Shown here: positions 25,744 to 38,100 of the stretch, one piece after another
Numbering within the stretch: position 1 is the first letter of the stretch
How the letters are laid out: each line of letters starts with the position of its first letter
Assembly: GCA_964106915.2 (NCBI GenBank)
Contig: OZ066914.1
Source of the DNA: Podarcis gaigeae
Lineage: Eukaryota
Length of the DNA: 64,000 nucleotides
Direction: 5' to 3' (one strand)
Position numbers and translations under genes: made by a program
Notes under the pieces: generated by a model
The model's database searches: none
Told to the model about the DNA's origin: nothing
What the model saw: only the letters and a program-made list of their open reading frames with translations

Positions 25744-27946
25744 TCCATCCATCCATCCATCCATCCATCCAGGATGCTATCATGGACTGGATGAGCACTA
25801 ATAAATTGTAACTGAATCCTGACAAGACAGAGATCCTGTGGGTGGGAGTTTTTCAGTTTTGGGAATTTGAATTTGTACCCATTCTGAAGGTAGAGCATCA
25901 TTTGAGGGTGCTGCTAGATCAATCACTGATGCTAGAAGCCCAGTTGGCTCTGAGCACCCATTACCAACTTTGCTTGGTGCACCAACCTACCTTGTCCTAC
26001 CTCGTTTTTAAGAAATGTTATTGCTTTTTTATTTTTATGTAAATTGCTTATAAATGTTTTGTTAAACAGTATAAATATGTTATAAATGAATTGCCAGGGA
26101 GCATAGGTGCCCAGATGTTCTTCTGCACCCACATAGCAGATCTATATGTAGCCCGTTTCTGTGGAGAGATTCCTATATCTAAATGATACCCGATAATTAA
26201 ACGTGCAGCACAGAATAACTGAAGATGATGCATAGTATGGAAACCTTTTGTTTCAGGCAAAATGACCGAAAAAGAACACAAGAGTATAAAAAGGAACTAG
26301 AAGAGATGAAGTTGCGAGTGAAAAACAGACCATATATGTTTGAACAGGTCACAAAGGTAAATATTTTGGTATGGGGAAACTGTCAAGGTTTAGAGGATCA
26401 AGCAGTAAATACCAGCAGGCTGTAGCAGGGAGTCAATACAATATTCAAGTAACCTCTTTGCCATTCTGGAAATCTGAAGGGTAAAAAAACTTCATGGGAA
26501 AAAGAGTTTGGTAGGGAACAAAATTTAGTTATTGACCAGCTGTAATGATACAGAAACTACTGTACACTAAATAGGAAAATATTGTTTTCAAAATAAACTG
26601 AGATATATGATTGAATATAATGGTCTTCAAAGAATTCGCAGACATTTAAAAATATAACTGCTTCTTCCATATTGAGAGAAATATCCAATTACTTTTCTAG
26701 TTTAGAGCGATCGCCTGGAATAACTAAGTATTCATGAAGGGAAGAGGGCCTATTAAACCGCCTGTCTTCTGAATTCCACAGCAAGGTGCCCGTCAGGGAG
26801 CAGAGAGGCTTTTTCGAGACACCTTGCAGCAGTTTGGGTTGAATGAAGAATTTGTGAAAAGCAAAGGAGGAGACACCACTGACCTAGTAGGGAAGGAGCA
26901 GTCTGAATCACAAAGGTATTTAAAGAACAGAAAATCACCTGTAGCTTCGTAAAAAATAGCCTTTTGCATTCACCTATTAGATATAGGGGCATTTATGCCG
27001 AGAAGGAAAGAAATTTGCACTTAACAAGCCATGGAGTTGTCAGTGAGCTACCAGACCCAATTCAAGATGAACTGGCTTGGGACCTAATTACTTGAAAGAA
27101 TCTTCCCAAATAGGAAACTACCTCTGTTTGGCAGGTGAGGCCTTGTTGGTGATGGTGCCACTGGGGGCTCCCCAGCTCGCAGTTCCATGTGACAGGGCCT
27201 CTTCAGCAGGAGTTCCCCATTCATAGGTCCTTCCTGGTGAGGCAGCAGTGCTGACTTGGGCCCCACACTGTCATAAAGTCATGGTGGTGAGGGGCCCATT
27301 GCATCCCAGAAGCACGTCCATGGCTGCAATGTGCCCCAACAGAGGCCTCATGGCAGAGGTGCAGGCCCTGGCCCAGTCGCCGCCAGAGGTAAGGCACCAG
27401 CTGGCAGAGGCCGGGCCCCAGGGCCCTGGAGTTGGTGCCCCTGTTGTGTGGTGTGTCGCCCCTCATCATTGACTTTCAGGATTTTTAAAACATTCCTGTT
27501 TACTCAAGACATTTGATGGCTGGGGGGGAAAACACCTGTTCCTGGAAACCCTGAGATCACTGGTTGAAAGAATGTTTTTAGAATTTTAAAATTGTTTCAT
27601 TATTGATGTGTTTAGCCACCCTGGACTCAGAATATAAACTGAAATAATGATAAAAGTCCCTGCTCATTGGATTTAGGCTCACCTCACTGTCTAAAGTATC
27701 TCACACAATTCTTGTGAGGATGAAATATGGAAAACAGTATATAGGATGTTCGGAACTCCTTAGAAGTAGAGTAGGATTCAGATGTGAACTTAGCAACTAT
27801 GACCACCACTTCCAGTGATTTTATAACGTGAAATTTTGAAATCACAATTTTTAATCAACAGGACTCATAAGTCGCAGAGGAATACCAAAGCTGGCATTAT
27901 ACAAGAACTAGCTGAAGAGGGGCAAAGAATACTACAAACAAAGTAG
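20356..27946 (+). CDS. FAM161B: FAM161B (FAM161 centrosomal protein B, UPF0564 domain), 9 coding exons, about 623 aa
   Basis: join(20356..20427,21241..21551,21784..22328,23337..23665,24785..24912,25220..25387,26257..26356,26782..26915,27862..27946) = 1872 nt with consistent phases. Motifs ITVPQPFNMTLRE, FRAQPVPAHIYLPLY, VPDFEGLY, RPYMFEQV. Head-to-head with COQ6 as in mammals. Confidence 0.92.
20794..21138 (-). mobile_element. L2 LINE 3' fragment
   Basis: ORF 20893..21276 segment RTLRSS...RAFSVVAPALWNALP...FRRHLKAALF is typical of an L2 ORF2 C-terminus; (TAA)n tail. Confidence 0.85.
21241..21551 (+). CDS. FAM161B: FAM161B exon 2
   Basis: gcctag|GTG ... GAG|gtgaga. Confidence 0.88.
21784..22328 (+). 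CDS. FAM161B: FAM161B exon 3
   Basis: cctcag|ATC ... AAG|gtaaaa; lies in ORF 21812..22516. Confidence 0.93.
23337..23665 (+). CDS. FAM161B: FAM161B exon 4
   Basis: ccccag|AAG ... ATG|gtaaga; EAELLRKIRIQMRA. Confidence 0.92.
24020..24480 (+). mobile_element. CR1 LINE reverse-transcriptase fragment, decayed
   Basis: Remnants of PDNIHPRVLK, DWKVASVT, GKSCLTN.LEFFE and KAFNKVPH motifs. Confidence 0.75.
24785..24912 (+). CDS. FAM161B: FAM161B exon 5
   Basis: tttcag|GAT ... TAA|gtgagt; RSRSL...NTLPVYITDAVRKR. Confidence 0.92.
25220..25387 (+). CDS. FAM161B: FAM161B exon 6
   Basis: ttgtag|ACG ... CTG|gtcagt; RAKALDPHRSLEE. Confidence 0.92.
25712..25771. repeat. Compound (TTTA)n(TCCA)n microsatellite
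   Basis: Seen directly in the sequence. Confidence 0.92.
26257..26356 (+). CDS. FAM161B: FAM161B exon 7
   Basis: tttcag|GCA ... AAG|gtaaat; NDRKRTQEYKKELEEMK. Confidence 0.93.
26782..26915 (+). CDS. FAM161B: FAM161B exon 8
   Basis: ccacag|CAA ... AAG|gtattt; DTLQQFGLNEEFVKSKG. Confidence 0.88.
27862..27946 (+). CDS. FAM161B: FAM161B probable last coding exon (THKSQRNTKAGIIQELAEEGQRILQTK*)
   Basis: caacag|G acceptor in the correct phase and open to TAG; poorly conserved sequence, so less certain. Confidence 0.68.
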
Positions 27947-28163
27947 GAACCCAATGGAAGTCTTCAGGTGCCTAAAGCTCATTCCCCCCCCCCCCCTTAA
28001 TCAAATGTCATTAGATCAGGGTTAGGCAACTTCTTCAGCACGAAGAACTGAAGCTAACATGCTTTTATATAAAAATTTGTAATCATAATGTATACTAGAT
28101 TATAGATAACAAATGTATTGCACTTCTTTAGGCAATCTCAAAAGATTTGGCACCATCCCTCTA

Positions 28164-28405
28164 CAGTGGTACCTTGGGTTACATACGCTTCAGGTTACAT
28201 ACGCTTCAGGTTACAGACTCTGCTAACCCAGAAATAGTACCTTGGGTTAAGAACTTTGCTTCAGGATGAGAACAGAAATCGAGTGGTGGCGGCGTGGCAG
28301 CAGCGGGAGGCCCCATTAGCTAAAGTGGTGCTTCAGGTTAAGAACAGTTTCAGGTTAAGAACGGACCTCCGGAACAAATTAAGTACTTAACCAGAGGTAC
28401 CACTG
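28164..28405. mobile_element. Tc1/mariner (Tigger/pogo-like) MITE
   Basis: TA target duplication; TIR CAGTGGTACCT..GGTTA at both ends. Confidence 0.88.
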
Positions 28406-30039
28406 TACTTGGGTGGGTGGAAGTGGGAAGGTATGTGCATATGCAGCCTGCTGTGCTGACACAGATCCTGGAAGCATCATGCTGTTTGGACGTTTCATGC
28501 TAATGGTACCCATACAGATTCTGCACTAACTTAAATTGAAAAGTACCATACTAATGTTTTAAACGTTTATGCCTCTCAGGTTCAGGAAGCTGTACAATGG
28601 AATTGCTACGGTAGATGTTTTTAGCCAGTTTCGTTTCTACAAACAGGTTGGAAACAAGGAGTTTTTAGATTTCCCTTCAGTAACTCATTTGCACTATTTT
28701 TTAAAACAAAAGATGGCCAGAGGATCTATTCTAAATCCTCTTTTCCATCCCTTGGCCATGCAAGGCTAATAAAATTATATTTCCCCTAGCAACCTAGATT
28801 TCTTATTGTTACAAGTTCACTGAGATTTACAGGACAAGATGCCATTATGATTCTGTGCTGGCTTACTTGGAAGTAAGTCCCATTGAGGATAAATGGGCTT
28901 GCTTACAGATAAATGTGCTTAGGGAGTAAACTGAAGTGCCTATGCTCCAAAAGCAGCAGTATATTAGTCTAGTAGCAACTACTGAAAAGCATGATAAGCT
29001 ATTATTCCATCTGAACATTTAGTAAAAATTAACTGTTTTCAAAAACATGAATAAAATCATTAAACCCAAGATTCATAGAATTTAAAGTAACATTTAAAGT
29101 TACTTTATTCATTGAGGACAGGTTGCGGGGGACCTTTCTGACTCCATGGGCCACATTCTTGCAAGCCAAAATTGACATGAGTGGGTGCCACCCACGTCCC
29201 CAAATCCCTTGCACAAAAAAGAAGTGGCAGGAGATTTGCAAAGCCTTTTCCAATTCTCAGAGGGTTGGGAATGTTAAACTGGGTGGGGAGACATGCAAAA
29301 AGATTCAAGACAGCCTCTGCACTCCCTTTTTAGCAAATGGGAGCACAGGAGTGGCCTTTAAACCCTTTGCAAAAGCTACTTTGAAACAGCTTGCAAGTAC
29401 ACGTGAGCTGTTTCAAAAAGTGCTTTTGCACATGACTTTTAATCCCTGCTTAGTTAATATTTTTTGTGCTGTGCTGTATTCTTGTTCTAATGGTCTATAA
29501 TTGTTTTTAAATATTTAAGCTGCCCATAGAACTTTGAGTGGCACAAATACTGTATTTATTATGCTCTGTCTGGTCCATATCAAACCATGTTAATTCTGAG
29601 CCCAGAGGCTGATTAAAAGATTTATGCATTTTCCTATTTTACAAGTAGAACTGTCTGAAGTAAATGAAAGCTTAGTCTATAATAAATGTGCTTGACCTTA
29701 AAGGCATTACAAGATTAATTGTTTTCACCTTTTTATATGTTTACAAAAATATATGTCCTTTAAAATATAATGTAGAAACATGATCTCCCCCCCCCACCCC
29801 GCCAAAAAAAAAATTATTTAAAGTGGAAGCTATAGGAGAAGCTTCAGCAACAGTACTTTTGGTACAGAGTGGCCAATGAGAACATTGCTGCTCATTTTTG
29901 TTCTATTTTTTCTGTTTAATTGTTTTATGTATATAGTAATAGGATTTTGTATTACATATAATTGCTTGGTACTTGGCTTTAAGGTACCCATGAGCATCTT
30001 TGAATAGGCAAAGAAAAGCACAAAATACACAAATATCAG

Positions 30040-30569
30040 GAGTTGGAAGTAGATAGTTTATTTACAACTGAAGAATACTGAATAGATTCTACCTCTGATT
30101 TTTTTTTTTTAAATTAAGCCCTAATAATTAGAAATTAAAATCACAGCAAGAAGCAAGGGTGTCTGAGGCAATCCTCTGAACAACATCATGTCTTCGGTTT
30201 GGAGCAGAAACCATATTAGAGAGTATATCCGCGCCAAGCAAGGAGATGTGGAAGATCTAGCTCAAAGAGAAACCACAAACCACCTGATAATTCAGAAGCA
30301 AGAACAGAACTGCAGTGCCTTGTTGCAGAATTCACTACCATCTAAAGATACTCCTCCAAGAAGAACAAGTCAATATAATGCTGAGCTTATGATCAGCTTC
30401 AGGAGAGAAAAAAGTGGCTAGGAACTAGTTCCAAGAGCATTACCTCCTCGCCAGGTTCAGTACCCTGTTCAGACATTGGTAAAAGCTCCTGAAGCCCTTC
30501 TTCAGAGGTTCCAGTGATTGAAGCAAACCATATTCCAGGCCTCTGTTCTGACAGGTCACAATAAGTACA
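30040..30569 (-). other. ZNF410: Probable ZNF410 terminal 3'UTR exon with poly(A) signal
   Basis: Candidate acceptors before 30569 (cctctag) or 30488 (cttcag); AATAAA on the minus strand at 30057-30062; follows the unused donor at 32052. Boundaries are inferred. Confidence 0.5.
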
Positions 30570-31343
30570 CTAGAGGCACAGCATAAACTCTGGGGATTCA
30601 AGTACCACATGGTTTCTTGAGCCCATCATCACACAAGCTTCTTCTTTAGCTTCGTATCTTGTGTTGAATACTTCATTCATTTGCTCTTCCTTTTGTAACT
30701 GCAAATCAACACATTTTATTTTTATCAATACTAGTTCAGACTTGTTTATAAGGAAGGAAGGAATAATAATAGAATGATTCAAGCAACACACTGCTCTATT
30801 ATATTTCACAGCGTCTTTTTTTCTTTCTTTCAAGCCCTCTCTATATGACAAATTACCAACACAGATGTATGGGAGAAGTACCTTTACTTGTAACATCTTC
30901 TAACGTATTTGTTTTAAATGAACGGCCTGGCTGATCAGTGCTAAGGCAGTGGGAGGAACTGGCTCACTCCGATCAAGGTAAAAGTTGGTCAGGGTGGGCT
31001 GGACCACGCTCCCACAAAAAGCTGAACAGAACATCTTTAGACTGCTTCACTTTTCTCACTCTAATACAAGTGTATTCTGGAGCAGAAGGCATCTTAGGAT
31101 TCAACTCATACTAAAGATTCTGTGTCAGTAAAACATCACAGGAATACACACTTTGCCTGTGTCATATTATGAAAGATGGCATTGTGGGTTGGGAACAGCA
31201 TGACGACAGAGGACAGTGTTATTTTGCAAGAATTGTCGTGCAACATTGTGGCACCACGTCCAATCATTGTTCAGTGAACAAATGGATATAGTAAGGTTGT
31301 AACAAAGAGCCTTGCCTACAGTCATCACAGTTAGGAGACTATA

Positions 31344-31703
31344 AAAAGGTAAAGGTACCCCTGCCCGTACGGGCCAGTCTTGCCAGACTCTGGGGTTGTG
31401 CGCCCATCTCACTCAAGAGGCCAGGGGCCAGTGCTGTCCGAAGACACTTCCGGGTCACGTGGCCAGCGTGACATCGCTTCTTCTGGCGAGCCAGAGCTGC
31501 ACACGGAAACGCCGTTTACCTTACCACTAGAAAGCGGTCCCTATTTATCTACTTGCACCCGAGGGTGCTTTTGAACTGCTAGGTTGGCAGGCGCTGGGAC
31601 CGAGCAACGGGAGCGCACCCCGCCGCGGGGATTCGAACCACCGACCTTTCGATCGGCAAGCCCTAGGCGCTGAGGCTTTTACCCACAGTGCCACCCGCGT
31701 CCC
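31344..31703 (-). mobile_element. Sauria SINE, full length, 14-bp TSD
   Basis: Reverse-strand copy; TSD GTTAG(G/T)AGACTATA at 31330-31343 and 31704-31717. Confidence 0.92.
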
Positions 31704-32060
31704 GTTAGTAGACTATAGTAAGCTTTAATTGAAACCAACAGGCACCAACAGAGGTTGTGATTTTTGTGTCAGACCAAGCTGTATGCCACTATAGTTATAT
31801 AGCTTCTAGATCAAGTAAATTATTAATTATTATTATTACCTTCAATTTAAGATTGAATTGGAATTTTCTTTTAAACCTATTATTACTATAATCTTCCACC
31901 AAAATTTCAAACAAATATTTATAAGACTAAATAATAACCAAAAGCCTCATTGCTATCAAATTCTCAGATAGTAGAAAAGGTGATGTTTTCCTGCACTTTC
32001 AAAAGACTAGAATTATGTTGTTCAAAAAGAAATAGAAGTCTTCTAGGCTGACCTGTAGAT

Positions 32061-32185
32061 TTACTGTAGTAAAGATGATACCCCATAGGAGTGTCTTGAT
32101 GTTGACATGGGCATCAGGTGATGAGATGGCAAAACCACATCAGATGCAGCATGGAGAGAGTTTGTTGTTGCTTCAGCAAGAACCT
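32061..32185 (-). CDS. ZNF410: ZNF410 last coding exon (VLAEATTN...[11 protein letters not shown])
   Basis: ttgcag|AGG; TAA at 32063-32061; splice donor gtcagc 8 nt further on (exon ends 32053). Confidence 0.85.
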
Positions 32186-35100
32186 CTGCAAATCAAACAG
32201 GAGACTAAGTTGTGCTTTATAAAATGTTCATTGGAGATTATTTTCTCAAGCAACCCGATCTTCAGGCAAAAAATGAAGTATGCATTGTGTGGATGTATTA
32301 GACTAGGGCAAATATAAGAAACAGTAGCTAAATCAGCACTCAGGAAAACATATACAGTATCAGAAACCAATATAAAAGTATTATTATTGCATTCCACCCT
32401 TCCTATTAAAACTATGTGTTGGAACTGCAGTAAATTATCCCGTTTAAGACTATCCTGATAGAAAGATATCCCCTCCCAACTTAGCTTCTGTAAACATTTC
32501 ATTGCTAATAGAAATATTTTTCTCACCTTCCTTTACACCAATAATTGATTCTGTGTCTGGCAACTGCAAGGATTCTACACCAAGGCTGGGAGGTGAGCTC
32601 ATGGACACCAGATTCTTACTGTGCTCTTCAGATTCTTCCAACAAACTACTGCCCATCAACGATTCTGTTGCAAAAACAAAACACCAAGTTGAGGAACAAC
32701 AGCATCAGTGTCTACTATCACACAGCGAGGGATTTCTGCTTCACAAATCTGAAGAATGTGGAGAATTGTTTTCTCACTCTTCCTTATCCAATATTTCTTC
32801 TTCATGACCTGTATTTTCAGGAAGAGAGTTTGACTTTGTAGAGTATATTTCGAGATGTGGGCATACACATCTGAAAAGCACAACTTTACTCACACAGATC
32901 AATTTTATAACTGTTTTTCAAAGCTGGTAAATAGTTAATGCTTTGTGATCAAACACTCTTAGCCTCTCTGTTCCTACAGTCTCTTCATGTGATATATTTC
33001 ACATCCTCAGAAACAGCCGCATTTCTGTCACTATCTCATGCTAACACTTCTATGGCAGAACAGATTCTCTTTCTCAACTTGACCCTTCTCATCACTGTTT
33101 GAAAGATCCAATCAAACATTCCCATTCTACTCGGTTCCTACCTGTTTGTTCATGCTGTCTGTTGCTATCTGTTCCAACTCTGGAATGATGTTTCTTCATG
33201 TGTACATTCCTACTACCACTCTGAGAAAATGTCTTCCCACAGATTTGACACTGGTGGGGCTTTACTCCTATAAACAATATACAATAATTGCTAGAGCAGA
33301 GAATTAAATATCCATTTTCAATGCTTAAGTAGTTTTCATTTCTCTTGAATTCAGACACCAAAGGCTTAGCTTTAGAAAGGGGCTATCAAGTTCACAGTCA
33401 AATTTTGTCAGGAAAATTTAGAGTCTCAGGCCTGTATGTACAAGAAGCCTTTGACCTAGAGATTGTAAGATCTCACTTTGTCACGCCCCTAATTGTATAT
33501 ACTAGGCAAGTTGCAGTTTTTAGCCTACACCTTTGAAGTTATGAGGCTCAAGAAGAGAAAAGGGCAAGACAGCATAAAAAGCAAAGGGGGAACCACATTA
33601 GTAATTGTTCAGTAAGACCTAGGGAATAATGTTCTGCTGTCTTCAAGACAGACGTCGTCTGTTGTATGGGTATATCTCAAGGAATAAAGTCCCCTTACCT
33701 GAATGGACAACTAGGTGTTTCCGAAGGCTGGAGTATTCAGCAAAGGAGCGACCACAGCCCTGAGCCTCACACAAGAAGGGCTTTTCCCCTGCATTGAAGC
33801 ATTTGCTTCAGTTAATTAAAAAAGGCACTTGAATTGCATATGCCCTCACATGCAAGGATCCACTTCTTTCTATTAAGTTGCAGTTTCTCAAATTCAAACA
33901 CCTTTCATTGTTTACATGAATTGAAGCTTTGAAGCTTTCTACTTGGAGAGTGAAAACACAATTTCTCCAAGACTGGAAGTCTCAGAAATTTAATATAATA
34001 ACCACCAACATGGTTTGCTATTATATAACCTTTTGACCACCTAAAGGAGGTGGGGGAAAACTTTGGCCTGGTTCACATGACCCGCTAAGCCAAACCTTGA
34101 CTTATTGAGACCATACACAGAGGAGCTCATATCCACGTTGCTCCTCCCTGGTCCTCTTTTCCGCTGTGCCAAGCCAGGTTTGGCTTAGTGGGTCATCTGA
34201 ATCAGCTTTCTCCTCCCTATCTCCCCCCTAGCTGTAACATAGCCGGCATTTGGCCCTCATAAACAGCGTCCGGGTGGAAATCGCTGCAGTGTTCAGGAAA
34301 ATCTGGATATATGGCAACCCATGTCGGAAGTGTAGATTTTGCCTAATTTCATTAAAAATACCTCAAAGCTCAACAACTTTGGCAACCCTAAATAAATACT
34401 TCATAACAGGCATAAAGGCCTCAGAGAGGCAGCAGCTGCCTAGTCAGTGCCATGCTCATAATCTGGCTGACAGAAATGCAGAGAAACTTCTTTAACACTT
34501 GAATACTGGAACAAAAGAAGAATTCGAAAAAAGGGGAATGGTACACACCAGTATGAATCCGCAGGTGATTCTTCAGGTTCCCAGCTGTCGTGAACTGCTT
34601 CCCACAACCTAGCTCGGTGCAGATGAATGGTTTCTCACCATTGTGCGTTCTCATGTGCACCTTCAGCCTCTGCAGGACATAGAAGCTTTTCCCGCAATCT
34701 TTTGCTGGACAAATGAAGGAACGGTCATTCCTGGAAAACAACATCACTTTCATGGCACTATTATACATGCTGCTGTAATCAAGTTTTCCTCTGCTGGTGC
34801 TCTGGCTTTCATTAATGTGGTGTTGTATGCATTTTTGTTTCAGTTCAAAATGAAGAGGCTGAAAAGTGACATGGCCAGTTACTGGCCCCACCTGAAGTAA
34901 CAGTTAAAGTAAAATGAAGAGGTTGCATTTTCCTTGCCTTACACTGTATAAATAATTTTAATAAACCAGATATTCTCATTTAAAAGTTTCGGTTACATAT
35001 AACATACACAAAAAAGCAGTTTTGTTTGGGCCAGTTGAAAATCACAAGCCACTCCCAGGCAGTTAAAACACACAAACAGTGTTTTAAAAACCACACTGAG

Positions 35101-38100
35101 TGTATTTGCAAAATAGAAATGAGCTTTTTCTGTTTCAGATTTCTGTACTTTGGCTGACTTTCTGAATTTGATCGTTCCATAGTAGGACCTGCATACAGTC
35201 TGCAGTGCTCAGCAAAGTCATAGCCATAGCAACTCTATGCACCTGTGAGTCTTTAAGTGGTATTTGAAGTGGGCCGGCCACACAAATGTCCTGTCGCAGC
35301 CCTCAACTGTACATTTCAACTTTTTCTCCACCCGAGGCAAGTGAGGGATAGGGCTGGATTCTTTCGGTTGAGGGTCTCCTGAGCAAACATGAACATTTTC
35401 ACCTGGAAGGGGTTAAAAAAAAATACAATGGTAAGATGACAGTGATACATAGGAGGGGGAGAACTCACCTAAATACATTTAAAAAGAGAAACATTTCTGC
35501 TCGTTTTGTTTAGTCAGTCCCCTGAAGTGGATGCTTTTCTTCATACTTCAAATCTGTACTCTCCCAAATTTTCAGGAGGTTCCATTTTCTTCTGCAAAAT
35601 TTACCATTTCTAAGGGCAGGAGCAGTGGGGGTGGTGAAACGCTAGCATAGAAAGCTGCTTTATAACCAGTAACCACTGATCCATCTGGCTTAGCACTGAC
35701 CACTCTGACTAGTAAGTTTCCCAGGGTTTCAGACTGGAAGCGTTCCCAGTCCTACCTGGAGAGATTGAGCCTTCTTCATCCAAAGCAAGTGCTCTACCAA
35801 CTGAGCTATAATCCTTTCCCAAAGGTAGGGGGAGGGTAGAGAAGGCACGTTAAAATAATAAAGCACTACCTCCCACATTTTTGCATACCTGTTCACATTC
35901 ACTGTTTCCCTGACTTGCTGCTTGGTCGCCTTCTTAAAAACAAAACACAAAACTTGAAAGGGCTTCTTCACTATGTGATCCCAGCCAACTCACAGACCTC
36001 ATAGTAAAACTGGCACCACGTGGCCAGCTGTAGTTGTGTGACAACAGCGAGGGCAAACAATGCCGTTCAATTGCTCTCACACTTATGGGGGGAAAGAGAC
36101 AACTGAGAGGACTCATACCATGTTATGCTGGCAGTTTCACTATCTTACTATCATTATGCAGCATATATTTCTCCCATTGCACATAGTTAGGCATGCCTAA
36201 TGGACAGAACAGGCATGGCGATGTGCATCCCATTATAAGCAGTGCCGTACAAACAGGTGAAGTTGCGACGGAATGCAAATCATTTCTTTTTGAATGTGTT
36301 ACTTCCAATGGCATGTGCGTCCCAATCTCATCGGCAAGAAATCGACGACACACAATTGGATTAAGGAAGGGAACATCAGGCTGGTTACCTCAGCAATGGA
36401 GCTGCGTTTGCCAAGCATCAGCAACTCCCAGGTATACCTAGCATTCAGCAGATTGCATGGCACAGCAGTCATGCAGCAACAACTGGTGAAAACAGCTCAG
36501 AGCCAGGAGCTATTAAACCCCAGAACTCAGTTTACCCTCACAGCCATGATATTGAAAACCAGATATTGCCCAGCCCTATTAGGGACATTGAAAGTTTTTT
36601 ACCTTAAAAGGCAGGAAGTAAATGGCTGAAGTTCTCAACAACATATAAGAGCTTTACAGGATTTCCTAAACTCATTTTATGGGTGAAAGTAACGTTATAC
36701 CTTGAAAATGGGGGAAAAAAACCCAACAGAAATAAAAGCCCTCTTACCATTATTGCTTGCTTTGGCATTCTTTGCGAGCTGTGCTCGAGTGGCAGCAATC
36801 AAACTGTCATGAGCCAGTTCCTGCACTCGCAAAAACCATGGGGTACTGCTGTCGGTGCTATCATTCGAGAAGAAATCATTCCCAGAATCTTCTGCTTCAT
36901 CTTGGACAAACACCAAGTGCTCTGAGGGAGAACCTAGGCCTAGAATGGAGGCAGTTTTCATGAGACAATAAAAAGGGGAGTAAACTCTCTTGCTTCCCAC
37001 AATATCACAATGAACCTCTACAGCAGGGATGGCTAACCTGTAGCCCTCAATATGTCATTGCACAGCAACAAGTCCCTTCTGCCCCAGTCAGCATGGCCAA
37101 TGGCCAGGGCAGATGAGAGTTTTAGTTCAACATCATCTGGAGGTGCCACAGGTTAGTTTCCCTGCTCTCCAGCCACTTTACTGGAAGGAGGTGATGACTC
37201 CTGTTAAATGCAGCATTGCCCAAATCTCTTTCTGTGCTTTGAAGTGCTTGATGGAGTTACCTGTTCGTGTTAAATTGAGAAGGATAAAAGAAGTGCTATC
37301 AGTGGGTTGGAGGTCTTGCAATAAGCTGGAAGTATCAGGGCTTGGCAGAAGCTCAGGTGGTTTCTGTACTGTTTGTGCCCTTGTCTCCTCACCATCAGGG
37401 CCAACATTCACCTGGAGGCTTCGCAAAACAGCGGAAGAGGAGACATCCTTTGAGGAGCTAGTATGACCTGGAGAGTCATCTAATGAAGAAATTTTAGAAA
37501 AAAATTGTGAGATTATGCATTTTATTCAAGAAAATCATGCTTTCATGACCATTATAAAACCAGTAACCTTAGCAGTACATTTAATGTTATTTTAAAAAAA
37601 GTTTTTATTTATACTTTTCAAGTTTATACATTTCATTAGTTGTACAATCAATTTAACATTTCAAAGTTTGACTTCCTTCCCCCTCTTTCTGCAGTTCCTT
37701 AAATGTATTTTCTAATATCTTCTGCATATCCAAATTCATTTAATTTGCTCATTTAATTATCTACTTTAAATATATACTCTTATGAAACTGCAGGTTATTA
37801 TAATAACCCTATCAATGTTTTTATCTGTTTGCAATTTATCTATATATATTTTTAATAAACCATTTCCATTCTTTTATAAAAAGTTTGTTATCTTGATTTC
37901 CTATTCTTCCGGTAAATTTCACCATTTCTGCATATTCCATAAGTAAGAGCGTGGATTCTGGCAAAGCTGCTAGCAATGCTCTAATTAACATTAAATGACT
38001 TATTGAGCATTTAATATTAATTAGAGCATTGCTAGCAGCTTTGCCAGAATCTACTCTATTACAATTTTATCTCACCATTCCTTGCAAAAGAACTGAACTT

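Noticed and set aside
32665-32870. Possible upstream alternative acceptor (cttttcag at 32871) extending a ZNF410 exon by 206 nt
   Set aside because: It would frameshift to a stop, and there is no sequence-only evidence that it is used.
35755-35815. tRNA-like sequence on the minus strand (TAGCTCAGTTGGTAGAGCA); similar at about 39110-39170
   Set aside because: Only the 5' half/A-box is recognisable, with no T-arm or acceptor stem; these are decayed tRNA-derived SINE heads.
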